A program made the translations under genes and the position numbers. A stretch of DNA of 63,207 nt. Origin: Candidatus Sysuimicrobiota bacterium. GTDB taxonomy: Bacteria > Sysuimicrobiota > Sysuimicrobiia > Sysuimicrobiales > Sysuimicrobiaceae. Shown in pieces: positions 63,189 through 63,207 of this stretch; positions within the stretch are counted from its first letter, which is position 1, and each line of letters starts with the position of its first letter. Below the pieces are notes generated by a model. The model was not told the origin of the DNA, made no database searches, and was given only the letters and a program-made list of their open reading frames with translations. Location of the stretch: the NCBI GenBank assembly GCA_040289515.1, contig PSLI01000008.1, positions 1-63,207 on the forward strand, given 5' to 3'.

Positions 63189-63207
63189 TTCCCGGCGGGA
63201 GGCGGCC

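Overview
High-GC (roughly 70% by eye) bacterial chromosomal segment spanning the replication origin. The origin block is parB-parA-rsmG-jag-yidC-yidD-rnpA-rpmH (minus strand), then a DnaA-box cluster, an extra GHKL-ATPase/winged-helix gene, and dnaA-dnaN-yaaA-recF-dciA-remB-gyrB-gyrA-HU (plus strand). Downstream are rsgA, a shikimate operon (aroE, aroC, fused aroK-aroB, aroQ, aroH, aroA), a peptidoglycan-recycling operon (RpiR, GNAT, ABC SBP plus 2 permeases, serine hydrolase, murQ, anmK, SIS), two tRNA-Ser genes flanking proBA and an archaeal-type ATP-dependent ligase, tadA, a family-5 UDG, an acyl-CoA synthetase, an orphan CoxL-like Mo-hydroxylase and an ECF sigma/anti-sigma/RseB-like operon. 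Gene content suggests a thermophilic Terrabacteria lineage such as Armatimonadota/CSP1-3 (inference only). The most notable observation is that the chromosomal ParB carries a hybrid DNA-specificity code (Q-T-A-A instead of ParB R-T-A-G or Noc Q-K-K-R), and parAB is flanked by two AT-rich 16-bp palindromes (consensus TATTTCTCGAGAAATA) that match neither canonical parS nor the Noc site, suggesting a re-coded ParABS centromere. The ATPase-HTH gene inside the bipartite origin is a second candidate novel component. I saw no transposases, integrases, CRISPR arrays or rRNA. All calls are by eye from motifs and context; no searches were run.
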